From IMG/VR virus record IMGVR_UViG_3300031952_000013, positions 20,861 through 84,860 of that record: a DNA stretch of 64,000 nt; one strand, given 5' to 3'. Each line of letters begins with the position of its first letter. Within the stretch, counting starts at the first letter, position 1. The position numbers were made by a program, and so were the translations under genes. This document shows, one piece after another, positions 36,373-46,687 of the stretch. The DNA comes from a virus. The notes below the pieces were generated by a model. That model saw only the letters and a list, made by a program, of their open reading frames with translations. It ran no database searches and was not told the origin of the DNA.

Positions 36373-37506
36373 TTGAGTCAGTGGAATATTTCTTGGCGGC
36401 CTCGTGGATTTGGCGGTGTAGTTGGGCAAGAGCATGTGGTTCTATTCTTTCAAAAAGTTCTGGCTAACTGGTTTGATAAAGGAGAAACTCTGCCTATTGG
36501 AGTTTTGTTTGGGGGGCCGAGTGGAGTCGGAAAAACGACAATTGCTAGGATAATAGGGGCATCTTTAAACTGTGATTGTCGAGTGGGGGTGGAACCGTGT
36601 GGGATGTGTAAATCGTGTAAGGATATTATAACAGGTACGGGAGGGATTTTAGAAATAGACGCAGCCTTTTTTGGTTTAGTTGATAATATTCGACAATTAA
36701 GGCAGCGATTAAGTTCATATGCTTTTAGTTCTTACCAGGTTGTTTTAATTGATGAGTGCCATGTTATGTCCCGCGAGGCATTTAATGTCTTACTCAAGTT
36801 GCTTGAGGAGCCATTGGACAGGGTATTCTTTATTCTGGTGACTACAGCGACAGATAAGGTTATAGAGACTGTAAGAAGTAGGTTGATTGAATTCCGCTTC
36901 AAGTCGCTAAAATGGGATGTGGTATTTCCTTACATTTCTAAACTCCTCCAGGCTGAAGGGATTTTGTGTGAGTCGGAGGACATTGTAAAAAAACTTTACA
37001 TGATAGCTGACCACAATTTTAGGGAGTTGCTGATGATGTTGGAGCAAGCTGCGGTTGTGGGTAATGGTAATATCTCGTCGGATGTTCTTCGGGGGCTTTA
37101 TGGGAATCTGATGGTCTTTGATTCTATCATTGATTCTCTGGTGGAAGGGGATTTTGTTGGAGCGATTTCGTATTACGATGAGTATAGGTCAATGCAGCCG
37201 GATTTTTCTATCTTCTTGTCGGGATTTTTAGATGTACTGACGGATAGGTTGAAGGTTGGTTTGAGGTCTGGTGATTCACGTTCTCCAATATATTTAGCAA
37301 TAATTAAGAGTGTGTATGAACTTTTAGGGATGCGTTTGACGACTAAAGGGGGTGTACAGGCCAAGTTGCTTTTTGCGAATGTGGTCCAACTGGTTAAAGG
37401 AGCAGAGGCTGGTCGTACTGGAACAGGGAAGTCATTAAATGAAGAAGATGTATTTAACTTACTGACTGGTAAAGGGAAGTCGGTAGGTGCTGAGTCGAAA
37501 CACTAA
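36373..37506 (+). CDS. dnaX: DNA polymerase III gamma/tau clamp-loader ATPase
   Basis: WRP..F..VVGQEH, GPSGVGKTT, Zn module PCGMCKSC, IDECH, FNVLLKLLEEP, TVRSR. Confidence 0.93.
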   Translation: MSQWNISWRPRGFGGVVGQEHVVLFFQKVLANWFDKGETLPIGVLFGGPSGVGKTTIARIIGASLNCDCRVGVEPCGMCKSCKDIITGTGGILEIDAAFFGLVDNIRQLRQRLSSYAFSSYQVVLIDECHVMSREAFNVLLKLLEEPLDRVFFILVTTATDKVIETVRSRLIEFRFKSLKWDVVFPYISKLLQAEGILCESEDIVKKLYMIADHNFRELLMMLEQAAVVGNGNISSDVLRGLYGNLMVFDSIIDSLVEGDFVGAISYYDEYRSMQPDFSIFLSGFLDVLTDRLKVGLRSGDSRSPIYLAIIKSVYELLGMRLTTKGGVQAKLLFANVVQLVKGAEAGRTGTGKSLNEEDVFNLLTGKGKSVGAESKH

Positions 37507-37882
37507 AGAAGCCTATGGTCCCTATGAGTCTGCCTATAAATCAATAACTCAAGACGCAGAAAAGGAGTTCCTGGCTAAGGTAGGAACCCTCACTGTGTTT
37601 CATAAAATCCTCATTGACCGAGTGGCTGATGCCTATGTTGCAGTCTTGAAGGCTGGTGAGATCACCCAAATTGGGGGGGATAATAAAGAGAAAGCGTCAG
37701 AACTCTTGACCAAGTGGTTAAGAGTTTCGTTAGCTGAACTGCATACGGCAGCCTTGGAAAAACAATCTAGGTTGCTATTTTTTGAGAAGGTTGTAGATAT
37801 TGCTGAAAAGTCCGTCGCTGATGTATACTCTAGGAAGGAGTTGCTGACAAAGTTACGGGACTTGGTTGAGGAGAGAGGGTAA
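37487..37882 (+). CDS. helical protein, candidate terminase small subunit
   Basis: Size and position upstream of TerL; inference only. Confidence 0.45.
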   Translation: MLSRNTKEAYGPYESAYKSITQDAEKEFLAKVGTLTVFHKILIDRVADAYVAVLKAGEITQIGGDNKEKASELLTKWLRVSLAELHTAALEKQSRLLFFEKVVDIAEKSVADVYSRKELLTKLRDLVEERG

Positions 37883-37903
37883 CTGGTATGTGGGAGGAGT
37901 CGG

Positions 37904-38932
37904 GTGAAAATTCGGGTAGATGTTTGTATCAATGGAGATAAGGTTGATATTGATTCGTCGTTTTTGGAGCGCAGGGAGTCGTGGCTGTCCGGTACAGGTG
38001 TGTATCTGGAATTTATACTGAAGGGTAGTTACTTGGAGCCGTTTGATTTTGATGTTGTGGTTGGTGGGGATGGGGCGACGGTGAGCCGCCATTCTTGGAA
38101 TCGGTTTTTCTTGAATCTCAAGTCCTCTGCTGAGGTTGTGTTTGTGGTGAAGGAATCTGGTAAGGTAGTGGCTGAAAAGAAACTAAATTTTAATGTTGTT
38201 CCTTTGTCTGTGCCTTTGCTCTTTACTGTGCCTTATCTGACCTATTATTCTGTCTCGGATATTCGATACTTTGCCAATCGGATTTCGGAGAATATGGTTG
38301 GTGGAACGAGATTTATTCTATTCTCGTCACGGACTCTTTCGTATCTTTCTAAGGTGGACATGAATCCAGAGGATGGTTTTTGGAAATTGCATGAGCTTGT
38401 TCTCTCAATTCTGACGGAAAGAGGATTGTCGGTTTATGTTTCTCCTTTTGACGATAAAACTCTCTATACGACTCATATTCTAAAACAACTGAGGCCGATG
38501 CTTTTGTCTTATGCAGAGCGGAATTTGAAGTTCAACTTGGTATGGGATTTGAGCAGTGGGATTTGGAAAAGCGGAGTTTCAGGGATAGTAGACAGTTTTT
38601 GTAATAAGTTTGGTAGGGAAATTAAGATCGCCACCTGTCCTGAGTTTGCGTCTAAATTGGGAGGGGAGGGGTTTGCTCAGATTGTGGTTCGTGGGCTAAT
38701 GACTGATGAGGTTGAGCCGAATACTATGGGAACGAAGATTTTTAGAGTCCATATTGTGACATCGGATTTCTATAAACTGCGGTCCTTTGTGGCTAGCCTG
38801 GTAAAGAATGGTTGGGGAGTGGAATGTGTGATGGAGGATGTTCCATCTTATATACGGAAGGTGCAATTTTCTCTTGGCAACGCTTTGTATAAGGGGTTTT
38901 TAGATGCAGGTGGTGGAAAAGCAGCTGATTGA
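37904..38932 (+). CDS. hypothetical protein
   Basis: 342 aa ORF overlapping the TerL start. Confidence 0.65.
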   Translation: MKIRVDVCINGDKVDIDSSFLERRESWLSGTGVYLEFILKGSYLEPFDFDVVVGGDGATVSRHSWNRFFLNLKSSAEVVFVVKESGKVVAEKKLNFNVVPLSVPLLFTVPYLTYYSVSDIRYFANRISENMVGGTRFILFSSRTLSYLSKVDMNPEDGFWKLHELVLSILTERGLSVYVSPFDDKTLYTTHILKQLRPMLLSYAERNLKFNLVWDLSSGIWKSGVSGIVDSFCNKFGREIKIATCPEFASKLGGEGFAQIVVRGLMTDEVEPNTMGTKIFRVHIVTSDFYKLRSFVASLVKNGWGVECVMEDVPSYIRKVQFSLGNALYKGFLDAGGGKAAD

Positions 38933-40574
38933 GTTAGCTCATCCTTTTGATCGAGCCTTGTCTCGGATGAGGAATGAGGTTGATACAGCTAGTTCTGTCT
39001 TTGAATTTGAGCCGGTTCCTCTGCAAACATTCGTTACAGATAAGGGATATTTGAGTCTTCCTCCTTTATCCTCTCGTCAGGCTGAGGCGGTGACTTACGC
39101 TACTCAGATTTATCGGGATGAGGAAATGAGGTTGTTGAAATGGAGAAAGCACCGTCAGGTTGATGAGTGTGTTTTTCTCTGGGGTAAAGGGTCTGGGAAG
39201 GATTTTGTAGCTCGCATTATTCTTATGAGGATTGCTTATCTTCTTCTAGCGTTGAAAAATCCTCAGGCCTACTTCTACCATCCTGATATGCCGTGTGGGG
39301 TTGAGCGGATTGATATGCTAAATACGGCGACTACGAAAGAGCAAGCGGCTAATGTATTCTTTGGACCGTTGAAGAAGTACATCTCGACATCTCCATTCTT
39401 CAGGAATCGGGCGCAGGCATTCAGGTCGGAGATTAAGTTTGATAAGGCTATTCATCTTATTAGTGGGCATTCTGAAGCGGAGGCCCAAGAAGGTCTTAAT
39501 TTGATTGCTGTTGTTCTGGATGAGATTGCGGCATTCAAGACAGACGAAGAAGTGGCTGATATTAAGAGGATGAAACTCAGGAAGAATGTGCCGCAGTCAG
39601 CGGCTTCTTTGTATGATTTTGCGAAAAGTACAGTTATCACTAGGTTTCCACAGGCAGGGAAAGTCATCTTGTTGTCCTTTCCTAGGTTCAATGGTGATTT
39701 CATTACGACTAAATATGAGGAAGGTAAAGACAAGCATCATGTCTACGTAAGTAAAGGTGCGACGTTTGAAATTAATCCTATACGGAAGAAGTCGGATTTT
39801 GTTAGAGAGTTGGAAGAAAACCCAGAGAGGTATAAGGCTAGAATTCTTTGCGACCCAGGTATTGCTGAGGATGCATTCTTTAAGAATATGGCAGCAGTGA
39901 AGAGGAGCTTTAAGACGGAATTTGAATGCCCTGTGGATGAAACGACTGGTAGATTGAAGTCTTGGTTTGTGTGTAAAGATAATTTCTACCGTTTTGGTCA
40001 TGTGGATTTAGCTAAGAACCGAGATAGGGCTGCTGTGGCTTTTTGTCACGCATTCCAGGTGGAGAAGAGACAGGTAGAAGTTAGGGAGGATAAAGAGGGC
40101 CAAGCAGAGACTAAAATTATTATTGTTGATTTGCCCCATGTTCGTCTTGATTGTCTGATGTACTTCAAAGCTCATCCTGGGGGAGAGGTTAATTTTGAGG
40201 TGGTTAGGGATAGTATCTTAGACTTTATTGATGCTCGTGGGTTCAAAGTTGAGTTAATTACTTTTGATGGTTATCAATCGGTCCAGATGAAACAGTCATT
40301 GGAGGCAAGGGGTATTGTGGTTGATGACCAATCAGTTGATAGGACTAGGGAGGCTTATGAGACATGGCAGGATGCTATGTACGAGGGGAGATTTGTTTCC
40401 TATTATATCTCCGATTTGGTGGACGACGAAATTCCTTTTTTGATTGATTTTAAAGGACGTAAAATTGAGCACAGAAAGGGCGGAGGAAAGGATGGTAGTG
40501 ATGCAGTTGCTGGTGCTGTCAATAACTGTGTGAAATCTGAGATGTGGGGATCGGTTGAATTTTGGACTGCATGA
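38904..40574 (+). CDS. terminase large subunit
   Basis: Walker A GKGSGKD, Walker B VVLDE, nuclease HVDLA...D, FDGYQS, KDGSDAVAG. Confidence 0.92.
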   Translation: MQVVEKQLIELAHPFDRALSRMRNEVDTASSVFEFEPVPLQTFVTDKGYLSLPPLSSRQAEAVTYATQIYRDEEMRLLKWRKHRQVDECVFLWGKGSGKDFVARIILMRIAYLLLALKNPQAYFYHPDMPCGVERIDMLNTATTKEQAANVFFGPLKKYISTSPFFRNRAQAFRSEIKFDKAIHLISGHSEAEAQEGLNLIAVVLDEIAAFKTDEEVADIKRMKLRKNVPQSAASLYDFAKSTVITRFPQAGKVILLSFPRFNGDFITTKYEEGKDKHHVYVSKGATFEINPIRKKSDFVRELEENPERYKARILCDPGIAEDAFFKNMAAVKRSFKTEFECPVDETTGRLKSWFVCKDNFYRFGHVDLAKNRDRAAVAFCHAFQVEKRQVEVREDKEGQAETKIIIVDLPHVRLDCLMYFKAHPGGEVNFEVVRDSILDFIDARGFKVELITFDGYQSVQMKQSLEARGIVVDDQSVDRTREAYETWQDAMYEGRFVSYYISDLVDDEIPFLIDFKGRKIEHRKGGGKDGSDAVAGAVNNCVKSEMWGSVEFWTA

Positions 40575-40588
40575 TTTAGGAGGATTTT

Positions 40589-41962
40589 ATGAACGCAGAA
40601 ACGACTGTAAAAATGCCTGAGGATGTAAAACAAGAACCACCTAAGAACACTCTGGCTGAGTTTGGTACTGTCGGTATGGTTACCGATATGATGACCTATC
40701 TCCAAGATGAGGTCTTGGACAGGAGAGACATTACTTTAGACCAACTCATTCAGATGACCAAGTGTGACGGTCAGGCCAGGGGTATCTTGAATGCAATTAA
40801 ATATCCTATTAAGATGGCCAGACCCACTGTTAAGGAAGCCGAAGGCGGGACTAAAGAGGCTGAATTTATTAAGAAAAATCTTTTAGGTCCACCCGCTTCT
40901 GGTGGTATGGATACAGCTATCCAGACGATTATTAGTAGAATGGCTTTGGCTATTCGAGACGGATATAAGATTTTTGAGAAGGTATGGGAGCAGAGGGAGG
41001 GCATGATATGGTTGAAGAGACTGGCTTATCGAAGCACTCTCTGTACGGATTTTATCTATGATGAAAGAGGGGTTATTAAAGGGGCTAGACAACAGACCTC
41101 CTTCCAGGGGAAGAGGTATGATGTGGAATGGGATAAAGAGAAAATTGCCTACTTTATTTATAACCCAGAGGAGAACCCATATAAGGGAGAGAGTGACTTT
41201 TATCCGGTATTTTATCATTATGATAAAAAACACAAGTTGTATGCGATTGCTCACTTGGCTTATCAGTTGAATGCCTGTCCCATAAGGATTGGTAAGCACC
41301 CACAGAACTTGGGGAAGGAAGAACTGGAAAAGTTTAGAGACGCTTTAAAGTCTCTAGGGACTACGGTTGTTATGACATTTCCTAACACTTGCGAGATTGA
41401 TTCTTTTGAAAGTGGTAGGAAATTGACCGAGTTTCTGGGGTTGATTCAGCATCACGATGGTATGATGTCTAGGGTTTTCTTGACTCAGTTTATGAATCTA
41501 GGTCAGGAGGGTAGAGGAGGCAGTTATGCTTTATCTTCAGACCAGAGCGACTTATTCCTTATGTCCCTCATGTCGTTACTGTTTGATGTTGCTGATGTGT
41601 TCAATACTCAGGTCATTCCTCAGTTGATTGACTGGAATTTTGGTACGGATAAGTACCCGAAATTGACCTTTACTCCATTCTCTGATACAATTAGAACAGC
41701 TATCATGGACACCTTCAAGACCATTCTGGCTGCGAGATTCCCGCAGGTTAGTGCCGAGATGGTTCTGGAGTTGGAAAAGAAGGTTGCTGAGGAACTGGGG
41801 TTGGAGATTGACTATGTAGCAGTACAGGCTAGGATAGAGAAAGAACGCGCTGCGCTACAGAATATTGAGACAAAAGCCACACCAAACAGTAAAAAAGGAG
41901 GTCCGGGTACGACTAAAGGGGCGAATGAGGAAGAATCTGACGGTGATTTGGCATCTCAATAG
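40589..41962 (+). CDS. portal protein (DUF935 / Mu gp29-like)
   Basis: Follows TerL; NPYKGES, PIRIGK, GSYAL, IPQLIDWNFG. Confidence 0.88.
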   Translation: MNAETTVKMPEDVKQEPPKNTLAEFGTVGMVTDMMTYLQDEVLDRRDITLDQLIQMTKCDGQARGILNAIKYPIKMARPTVKEAEGGTKEAEFIKKNLLGPPASGGMDTAIQTIISRMALAIRDGYKIFEKVWEQREGMIWLKRLAYRSTLCTDFIYDERGVIKGARQQTSFQGKRYDVEWDKEKIAYFIYNPEENPYKGESDFYPVFYHYDKKHKLYAIAHLAYQLNACPIRIGKHPQNLGKEELEKFRDALKSLGTTVVMTFPNTCEIDSFESGRKLTEFLGLIQHHDGMMSRVFLTQFMNLGQEGRGGSYALSSDQSDLFLMSLMSLLFDVADVFNTQVIPQLIDWNFGTDKYPKLTFTPFSDTIRTAIMDTFKTILAARFPQVSAEMVLELEKKVAEELGLEIDYVAVQARIEKERAALQNIETKATPNSKKGGPGTTKGANEEESDGDLASQ

Positions 41963-41972
41963 GAGAGGGTGA

Positions 41973-42686
41973 ATGCCGTTCCGAAATCAGCACTCCTGTA
42001 TGATTAACGAGAAGGTTACAGGTAATATCCAGTCGAAGAGAGCGAAGACACCGTTTGGAGAGGTTTGGGTGGTTACTGGTACAGGGCCAAACGGTAAGGA
42101 AGTAGTCAGGAGCATTAGATTTCCCGCTACGATGTCGGTTAGTTCGGCTTCAAGCATTTGCAAGCAACGTGGTGGGAGGTTTGAACCGGCTACACCTTCT
42201 GACCCAAAGGCTCAACTTCTTTCAGAGAATTATGGTTTTAATGAATTGTCGGCTTATGCGAAGAAAACCATTTTACGGTCTCTGATTGAGAGTTTTGATA
42301 TGCCTGAAGGTGATGATGTTCAGTTGGCTAAGTGGAAGTCAGCTTCAGTGAATGATTTGCCCGATTCTGCTTTTCTGATTATTCTTCCTGGGGGAAAGAA
42401 GGATAAGGAAGGTAAGACGGTTCCCAGGTCTAAACGGCTACTTCCTTACAAGAACGCTAATGGTCAGATTGACAAAGCGCATGTGCGGAATGCGATGGCC
42501 CGTGTTAATCAGGTACATGCGCCAGCTTCAGCAAAAAGGGCTGCTCTTGCTAAACTTATCAGGATTGCAAAAGCTCTTGGGATGGATGTGCAGGAGAGAA
42601 AGAAATTCAAACTGAGTGATGTTGATTATTACCTGGGTATCTTAGAAGGTCTGGAGAACTTAAATGCCACTTCCAACTCCAAATAA
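41973..42686 (+). CDS. head morphogenesis-associated protein
   Basis: VNDLPDSAF ... LPY....G.ID..HVRNA.AR motif; lies between portal and protease. Confidence 0.65.
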   Translation: MPFRNQHSCMINEKVTGNIQSKRAKTPFGEVWVVTGTGPNGKEVVRSIRFPATMSVSSASSICKQRGGRFEPATPSDPKAQLLSENYGFNELSAYAKKTILRSLIESFDMPEGDDVQLAKWKSASVNDLPDSAFLIILPGGKKDKEGKTVPRSKRLLPYKNANGQIDKAHVRNAMARVNQVHAPASAKRAALAKLIRIAKALGMDVQERKKFKLSDVDYYLGILEGLENLNATSNSK

Positions 42687-43971
42687 AGGCGAAAAGCAAC
42701 AGGATTTTGTTTCTCGCTGTATTTCGTTTGAAACGAAGGCTTCTCCTGATAGGGAAGCCAACCAGATTCAAGCGATGTGTTACGCCCAGTGGAGAAGGGC
42801 CAAGGCGGGAAAACTGTCTGAGGAGGATTTTGGTACTATGGAGCATTATGCCCTCTTTGCAGACAATCAGGGTTACGCCTCACAATTTGCTAAGAAGAAG
42901 GGCGTTAGATTGTGGAGGAAGCAGATTCTCAAATTTGGAACTTGGATTCATCCTGAAAATAAAGATATTACTTTTGATATTACTCCTAATGTGGTTAAGC
43001 AGATTATTGCTAATTTCAATTCTGGTGTTCCTGATGAAGCTCCGGTGACACTGACTCATTCGGATAATCCTAAGGATAAGACTGGTAAAATTAAGTCCTT
43101 TATTGAGACTTCTGGTGGGTTGGATGCTGTGTTTAGTTGTGACGATGAAGCTATCAATGAGAGAATTGAAATGAATAAGGACTCGGTTCCTGGGGTTAGT
43201 TGTTGGTTAGATTTGAACTATAAGGATAAACAAACCGGCGATGAGTTGGGGGCGGTAGTTAAACACGTCGCTCTGGTGAATCATCCTTACATTGAAGGCA
43301 TGTCAGGGTTCAATGCGGTTTTATCTGGTTTTGATGCGACGGATGGTAGCTCATATCTGCCTTTAGTAATGAGTGAGAAGGAAAAAGAAGAGGTTGATGA
43401 AACAATGCCTGACCTTACAAAAGATGAACTGATTAAGGTTTTAAAAGAGAAACACGATTTGGATGTGGCTACTCTACTTTCTGGTGCGGAGGAACTTACG
43501 ACTCTGCATGATAGGATTGATAAGGGTGAACTGGTTGATAGTAAATCTGTTTCTCTCGGTGAGGACTTGCTCAAGCAGATTAAGGAGAAACTTGCTCTGA
43601 GTGCTGCGGATAGCCTCAGTATTCCTGAGTTGGTCCAGAAATTGCTTGAGAAGGTCGCATCTCTCTCAATGGCTGAGTCCAAACTTTCTGATGCTGAGAA
43701 GCAGTTAACTGACCTCAAAGCGGATAAGGAAGTTGCTGCTCTTCTGTCGGAGGGTCGGATTCTTCCGGTTGAGAAAGACGTGTTCCTATCAATGTTTAAG
43801 AAATCTCCAGAGGTTTTTACTGAGATGGCAAAAGCTCGTAGGGACATGAAGAAGACTCTGGTTGAGTTAAGTGAGACGGGTGTGGCGTATGAACCGCAAG
43901 CTGATGACAAAACTAAAGCGGAACTGGCTAAGCAGATTGAGGCGGCCAAGGCTGAGGGCCGTGTTAAGTAG
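42664..43971 (+). CDS. prohead protease / scaffold (Mu gp32-like)
   Basis: VTLTH, HVALVNHPYIEGM, coiled-coil scaffold with GRILP. Confidence 0.85.
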   Translation: MPLPTPNKGEKQQDFVSRCISFETKASPDREANQIQAMCYAQWRRAKAGKLSEEDFGTMEHYALFADNQGYASQFAKKKGVRLWRKQILKFGTWIHPENKDITFDITPNVVKQIIANFNSGVPDEAPVTLTHSDNPKDKTGKIKSFIETSGGLDAVFSCDDEAINERIEMNKDSVPGVSCWLDLNYKDKQTGDELGAVVKHVALVNHPYIEGMSGFNAVLSGFDATDGSSYLPLVMSEKEKEEVDETMPDLTKDELIKVLKEKHDLDVATLLSGAEELTTLHDRIDKGELVDSKSVSLGEDLLKQIKEKLALSAADSLSIPELVQKLLEKVASLSMAESKLSDAEKQLTDLKADKEVAALLSEGRILPVEKDVFLSMFKKSPEVFTEMAKARRDMKKTLVELSETGVAYEPQADDKTKAELAKQIEAAKAEGRVK

Positions 43972-44006
43972 GATGAGTGAGGGGAAATCTTTGGAGGTAA
44001 TGAACA

Positions 44007-44618
44007 ATGCCTAGTATTAAACTTCCGAGTGTTGTTGATGTAGCAATCACCACTATTAAGGAACTGTTGGCTTTTACCACGCTTCCTTATTATCAGGTTC
44101 CAGGAGTTCTGAAAGCGGCAGAAGGTGCGGTGGTTGTTGGTGATCCGATTGCCTGGAACACAGGTACGGGTGAGTTTATTAAGTATGTGAGTGGTGAGAC
44201 CCAGGTTACGGATGAAGCGGTTTTTACTGGTACTGCGGCTACAGATGAGTTTGTGTTTGCCCTAGACCACAATAAAATTATTGCTGGTTCGGTTACAGTT
44301 AAGATTAACAGTGTTACCAAAGCAGAAGGTACGGACTATAGTCTTGACTATGCCACTGGTGTTCTCACTCTGGTTGCGGACCTGGGTACTGGACTTCCTT
44401 TGACGGCTACCTACAAGTATAAGGCTGGTACTAATACTCCTGTTATTGGGTTTGTGAGAATCCCTGGTGATTCCACCTCTGCTGCTGTTCCTATTGAGGT
44501 TGTGGTTGGTGGGGCTGTTAAGTATTCGGTGATTTCCGCCGCTTCTTTGTGGAAGAGTTATATTCTGGATGACATCAAGGGTCGTTATATTGTTGCGGCT
44601 GATGCGGTTATTTTCTAA
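44007..44618 (+). CDS. head decoration protein with inserted Ig-like domain
   Basis: Directly upstream of MCP; GTDYSLDYATGVLTL...ATYKY insert. Confidence 0.75.
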   Translation: MPSIKLPSVVDVAITTIKELLAFTTLPYYQVPGVLKAAEGAVVVGDPIAWNTGTGEFIKYVSGETQVTDEAVFTGTAATDEFVFALDHNKIIAGSVTVKINSVTKAEGTDYSLDYATGVLTLVADLGTGLPLTATYKYKAGTNTPVIGFVRIPGDSTSAAVPIEVVVGGAVKYSVISAASLWKSYILDDIKGRYIVAADAVIF

Positions 44619-44651
44619 GGTGAGAGTAGGAATCTGGTAAGAGGATAAACA

Positions 44652-45629
44652 ATGCCTGAACTAGCAATTCTTGAGCAGACTGTTTTGACTGGTTTAATCC
44701 AGAAATATGTGGCTCCGCCTGACCACGTAGCGACTGCCTTTTTCAATCGGCAGAGTCATCCTAACACGGTGGCTAAATGGGATGTTGTTTCTGGTAATCG
44801 GTACATCGCACATCCTACTCTCCCGAACAGGGAAGGTAAGATTGTCGGGCAGGCGGGAGTCGGGACGAAAACAGCTTCTTTTATTTATGTTAGAGAGAAG
44901 AAAGCCTTTGAGCCTACGACTCTTCGTTGGCTGAGAGAACCTGGGAATTTGGCCCAGAATAATGCAGAGGCCTGTGTGCGTCGGGAGACCCAAGACCTGA
45001 ATAACAGGCTTGAGCGACTTGTCGAACTTTATTGCTGGCAAGCACTCAAGGGGACGATTACTGTTAATGAACCTGATGTTAAGGCCGTGGTCAGCATGGG
45101 TATTCCTGGGACGCATACTCCTACAACTGGTGTTTCGTGGTCATCTACTACAGCCGATATTATCGGTGATGTGAAGGCGTGGAAGAAGTTGATTGCCGCA
45201 GATTGTGGGATGGCTGCTTCCGATGTTTATATTAATTCAGTTGTCATGGAGTATCTGTGGAAGAACACAGCTATTAAGACTTGGTTTACTGACAAGAACA
45301 AGGAAGAGTATTTCCGTACTGGTAGTATTTCTGGGTTGCTTGGGTTGAATTGGCATGTCTACGATGGTGGATATGTCAATGACTCTGATGTTTTTGTCAA
45401 CCACATTGGTGATGCTGAGTTGATTATGCTGGCCCAAGCTGCACCGGATACTTTTGTGCTGTTGGAAGGGCTGTCGGCTGATGAGGACGCTCCTAGAAAT
45501 CATACTGGTAAGTTCTCTAAGACGTGGCAGACAAGTGACCCGTCAGGCCGGTTTGTTCTGATTGAATACAATTTTATCCCGGTCCTGTTACAGCCCGAAG
45601 CTGTGGTTTTTGCTGATTTGACTCATTAA
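44652..45629 (+). CDS. major capsid protein (Phage_cap_E-like, HK97 fold)
   Basis: 325 aa; RLERLVE..CWQALKG.I, W....ADII.DV, DPSG...E...P. Confidence 0.9.
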   Translation: MPELAILEQTVLTGLIQKYVAPPDHVATAFFNRQSHPNTVAKWDVVSGNRYIAHPTLPNREGKIVGQAGVGTKTASFIYVREKKAFEPTTLRWLREPGNLAQNNAEACVRRETQDLNNRLERLVELYCWQALKGTITVNEPDVKAVVSMGIPGTHTPTTGVSWSSTTADIIGDVKAWKKLIAADCGMAASDVYINSVVMEYLWKNTAIKTWFTDKNKEEYFRTGSISGLLGLNWHVYDGGYVNDSDVFVNHIGDAELIMLAQAAPDTFVLLEGLSADEDAPRNHTGKFSKTWQTSDPSGRFVLIEYNFIPVLLQPEAVVFADLTH

Positions 45630-45635
45630 TTTGTG

Positions 45636-45690
45636 AGGAATTGGCTCTAACGAGCCGTTAATTCCTTTGCGACCTCTCCTTGTGGGAGGT
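45636..45690 (+). terminator. tandem hairpins after MCP
   Basis: AGGAATT-GGCTC/GAGCC-AATTCCT followed by ACCTC..GAGGT. Confidence 0.55.
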
Positions 45691-45726
45691 AGGGTGGGTG
45701 GAGGGAAATTACATGGAGGTCTCTGC

Positions 45727-46122
45727 ATGATTGCGATTTGCACGATTGATGGTCTCACTACAGGTGGTAAGTTATTGCGAGTGGGAGAATTTTTTGCGCT
45801 TTCTGAACACTTCTTAAAGGAGGTTGAAGGAAAGACAGATGAGCAGGTTGCTCGCTGGCAACTGAAGGTTTACAAAAAGTCTATCTTCAGAAGGCCTACT
45901 CCTGAGGAACTGGCGGATGGTCTGAAGGCTAAGAAATTTAATCTAGCTGACTGTGAACAGAAGGAGAAAACTATTATTGGCAGATTTAAGATGCAAGCAG
46001 CTGAAAGAGAAAAGAGGGCGGCAGCAGTTCTTATGGGAGATTTAACAGAGGATGTAGAGATTGGAGATGAGTTGAAAATGGCTGTTGGTAAGGAAGCAGT
46101 TAAATCGGTTGAGAAAAAATAG
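45727..46122 (+). CDS. hypothetical head-associated protein
   Basis: GGAGG RBS; position after MCP. Confidence 0.6.
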   Translation: MIAICTIDGLTTGGKLLRVGEFFALSEHFLKEVEGKTDEQVARWQLKVYKKSIFRRPTPEELADGLKAKKFNLADCEQKEKTIIGRFKMQAAEREKRAAAVLMGDLTEDVEIGDELKMAVGKEAVKSVEKK

Positions 46123-46141
46123 TCTTGTATAGGTCAGCCGG

Positions 46142-46687
46142 ATGTCTTTAACTACTCTGGCTAATGAGACAGACGTTAGAAGCGCGGGTAACTTCTCTGA
46201 TAGGGTGGCTCAGGGAACGATTGTGTTTTACCTTGAGCTAACTTCTTTCTTGATGCGGGATTTGATTACTGATACGGTCTATCAGACTGCGTATCCAGAT
46301 GGAAGTATGTCTATGTCGAACAAACTTCGACTGGTAAAGGCTGAAGCCCTGATGACGGTTGGTCTAGCTTTACCTGCTGTTGCTGCTCCAACGACACAGG
46401 CGGGTACTTTGCAGTCGTTTAATATCGGTCGTACCGTTGATATTGAAGTTAAATCGTTTGCTAAAGAAATTATGGATATGGCAGCTAATTTTATTACTCT
46501 GGCCAAGGGTATTATCCCTGCTGGTATGATTACCGAAGAGGGTCAGCAGAGTGTTTGGTCTAGAGTGTATATGCGAGTGTTTCCTAGCTTGTCTGAGATG
46601 CCGACTGTGGCTGATATGCACAGCCTGGCTGAGGCTGCGATTCAGGAAGTTCGTGGAGAAGATTTCTTTGAAACGGGTCAGGGATAA
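46142..46687 (+). CDS. putative head-tail adaptor
   Basis: Position and size. Confidence 0.55.
   Translation: MSLTTLANETDVRSAGNFSDRVAQGTIVFYLELTSFLMRDLITDTVYQTAYPDGSMSMSNKLRLVKAEALMTVGLALPAVAAPTTQAGTLQSFNIGRTVDIEVKSFAKEIMDMAANFITLAKGIIPAGMITEEGQQSVWSRVYMRVFPSLSEMPTVADMHSLAEAAIQEVRGEDFFETGQG

Noticed and set aside
43287-43949. Long minus-strand ORFs (also 50453..51154, 8385..8918, 61085..61552)
   Set aside because: Antisense shadows of well-supported + strand genes, with no recognisable motifs
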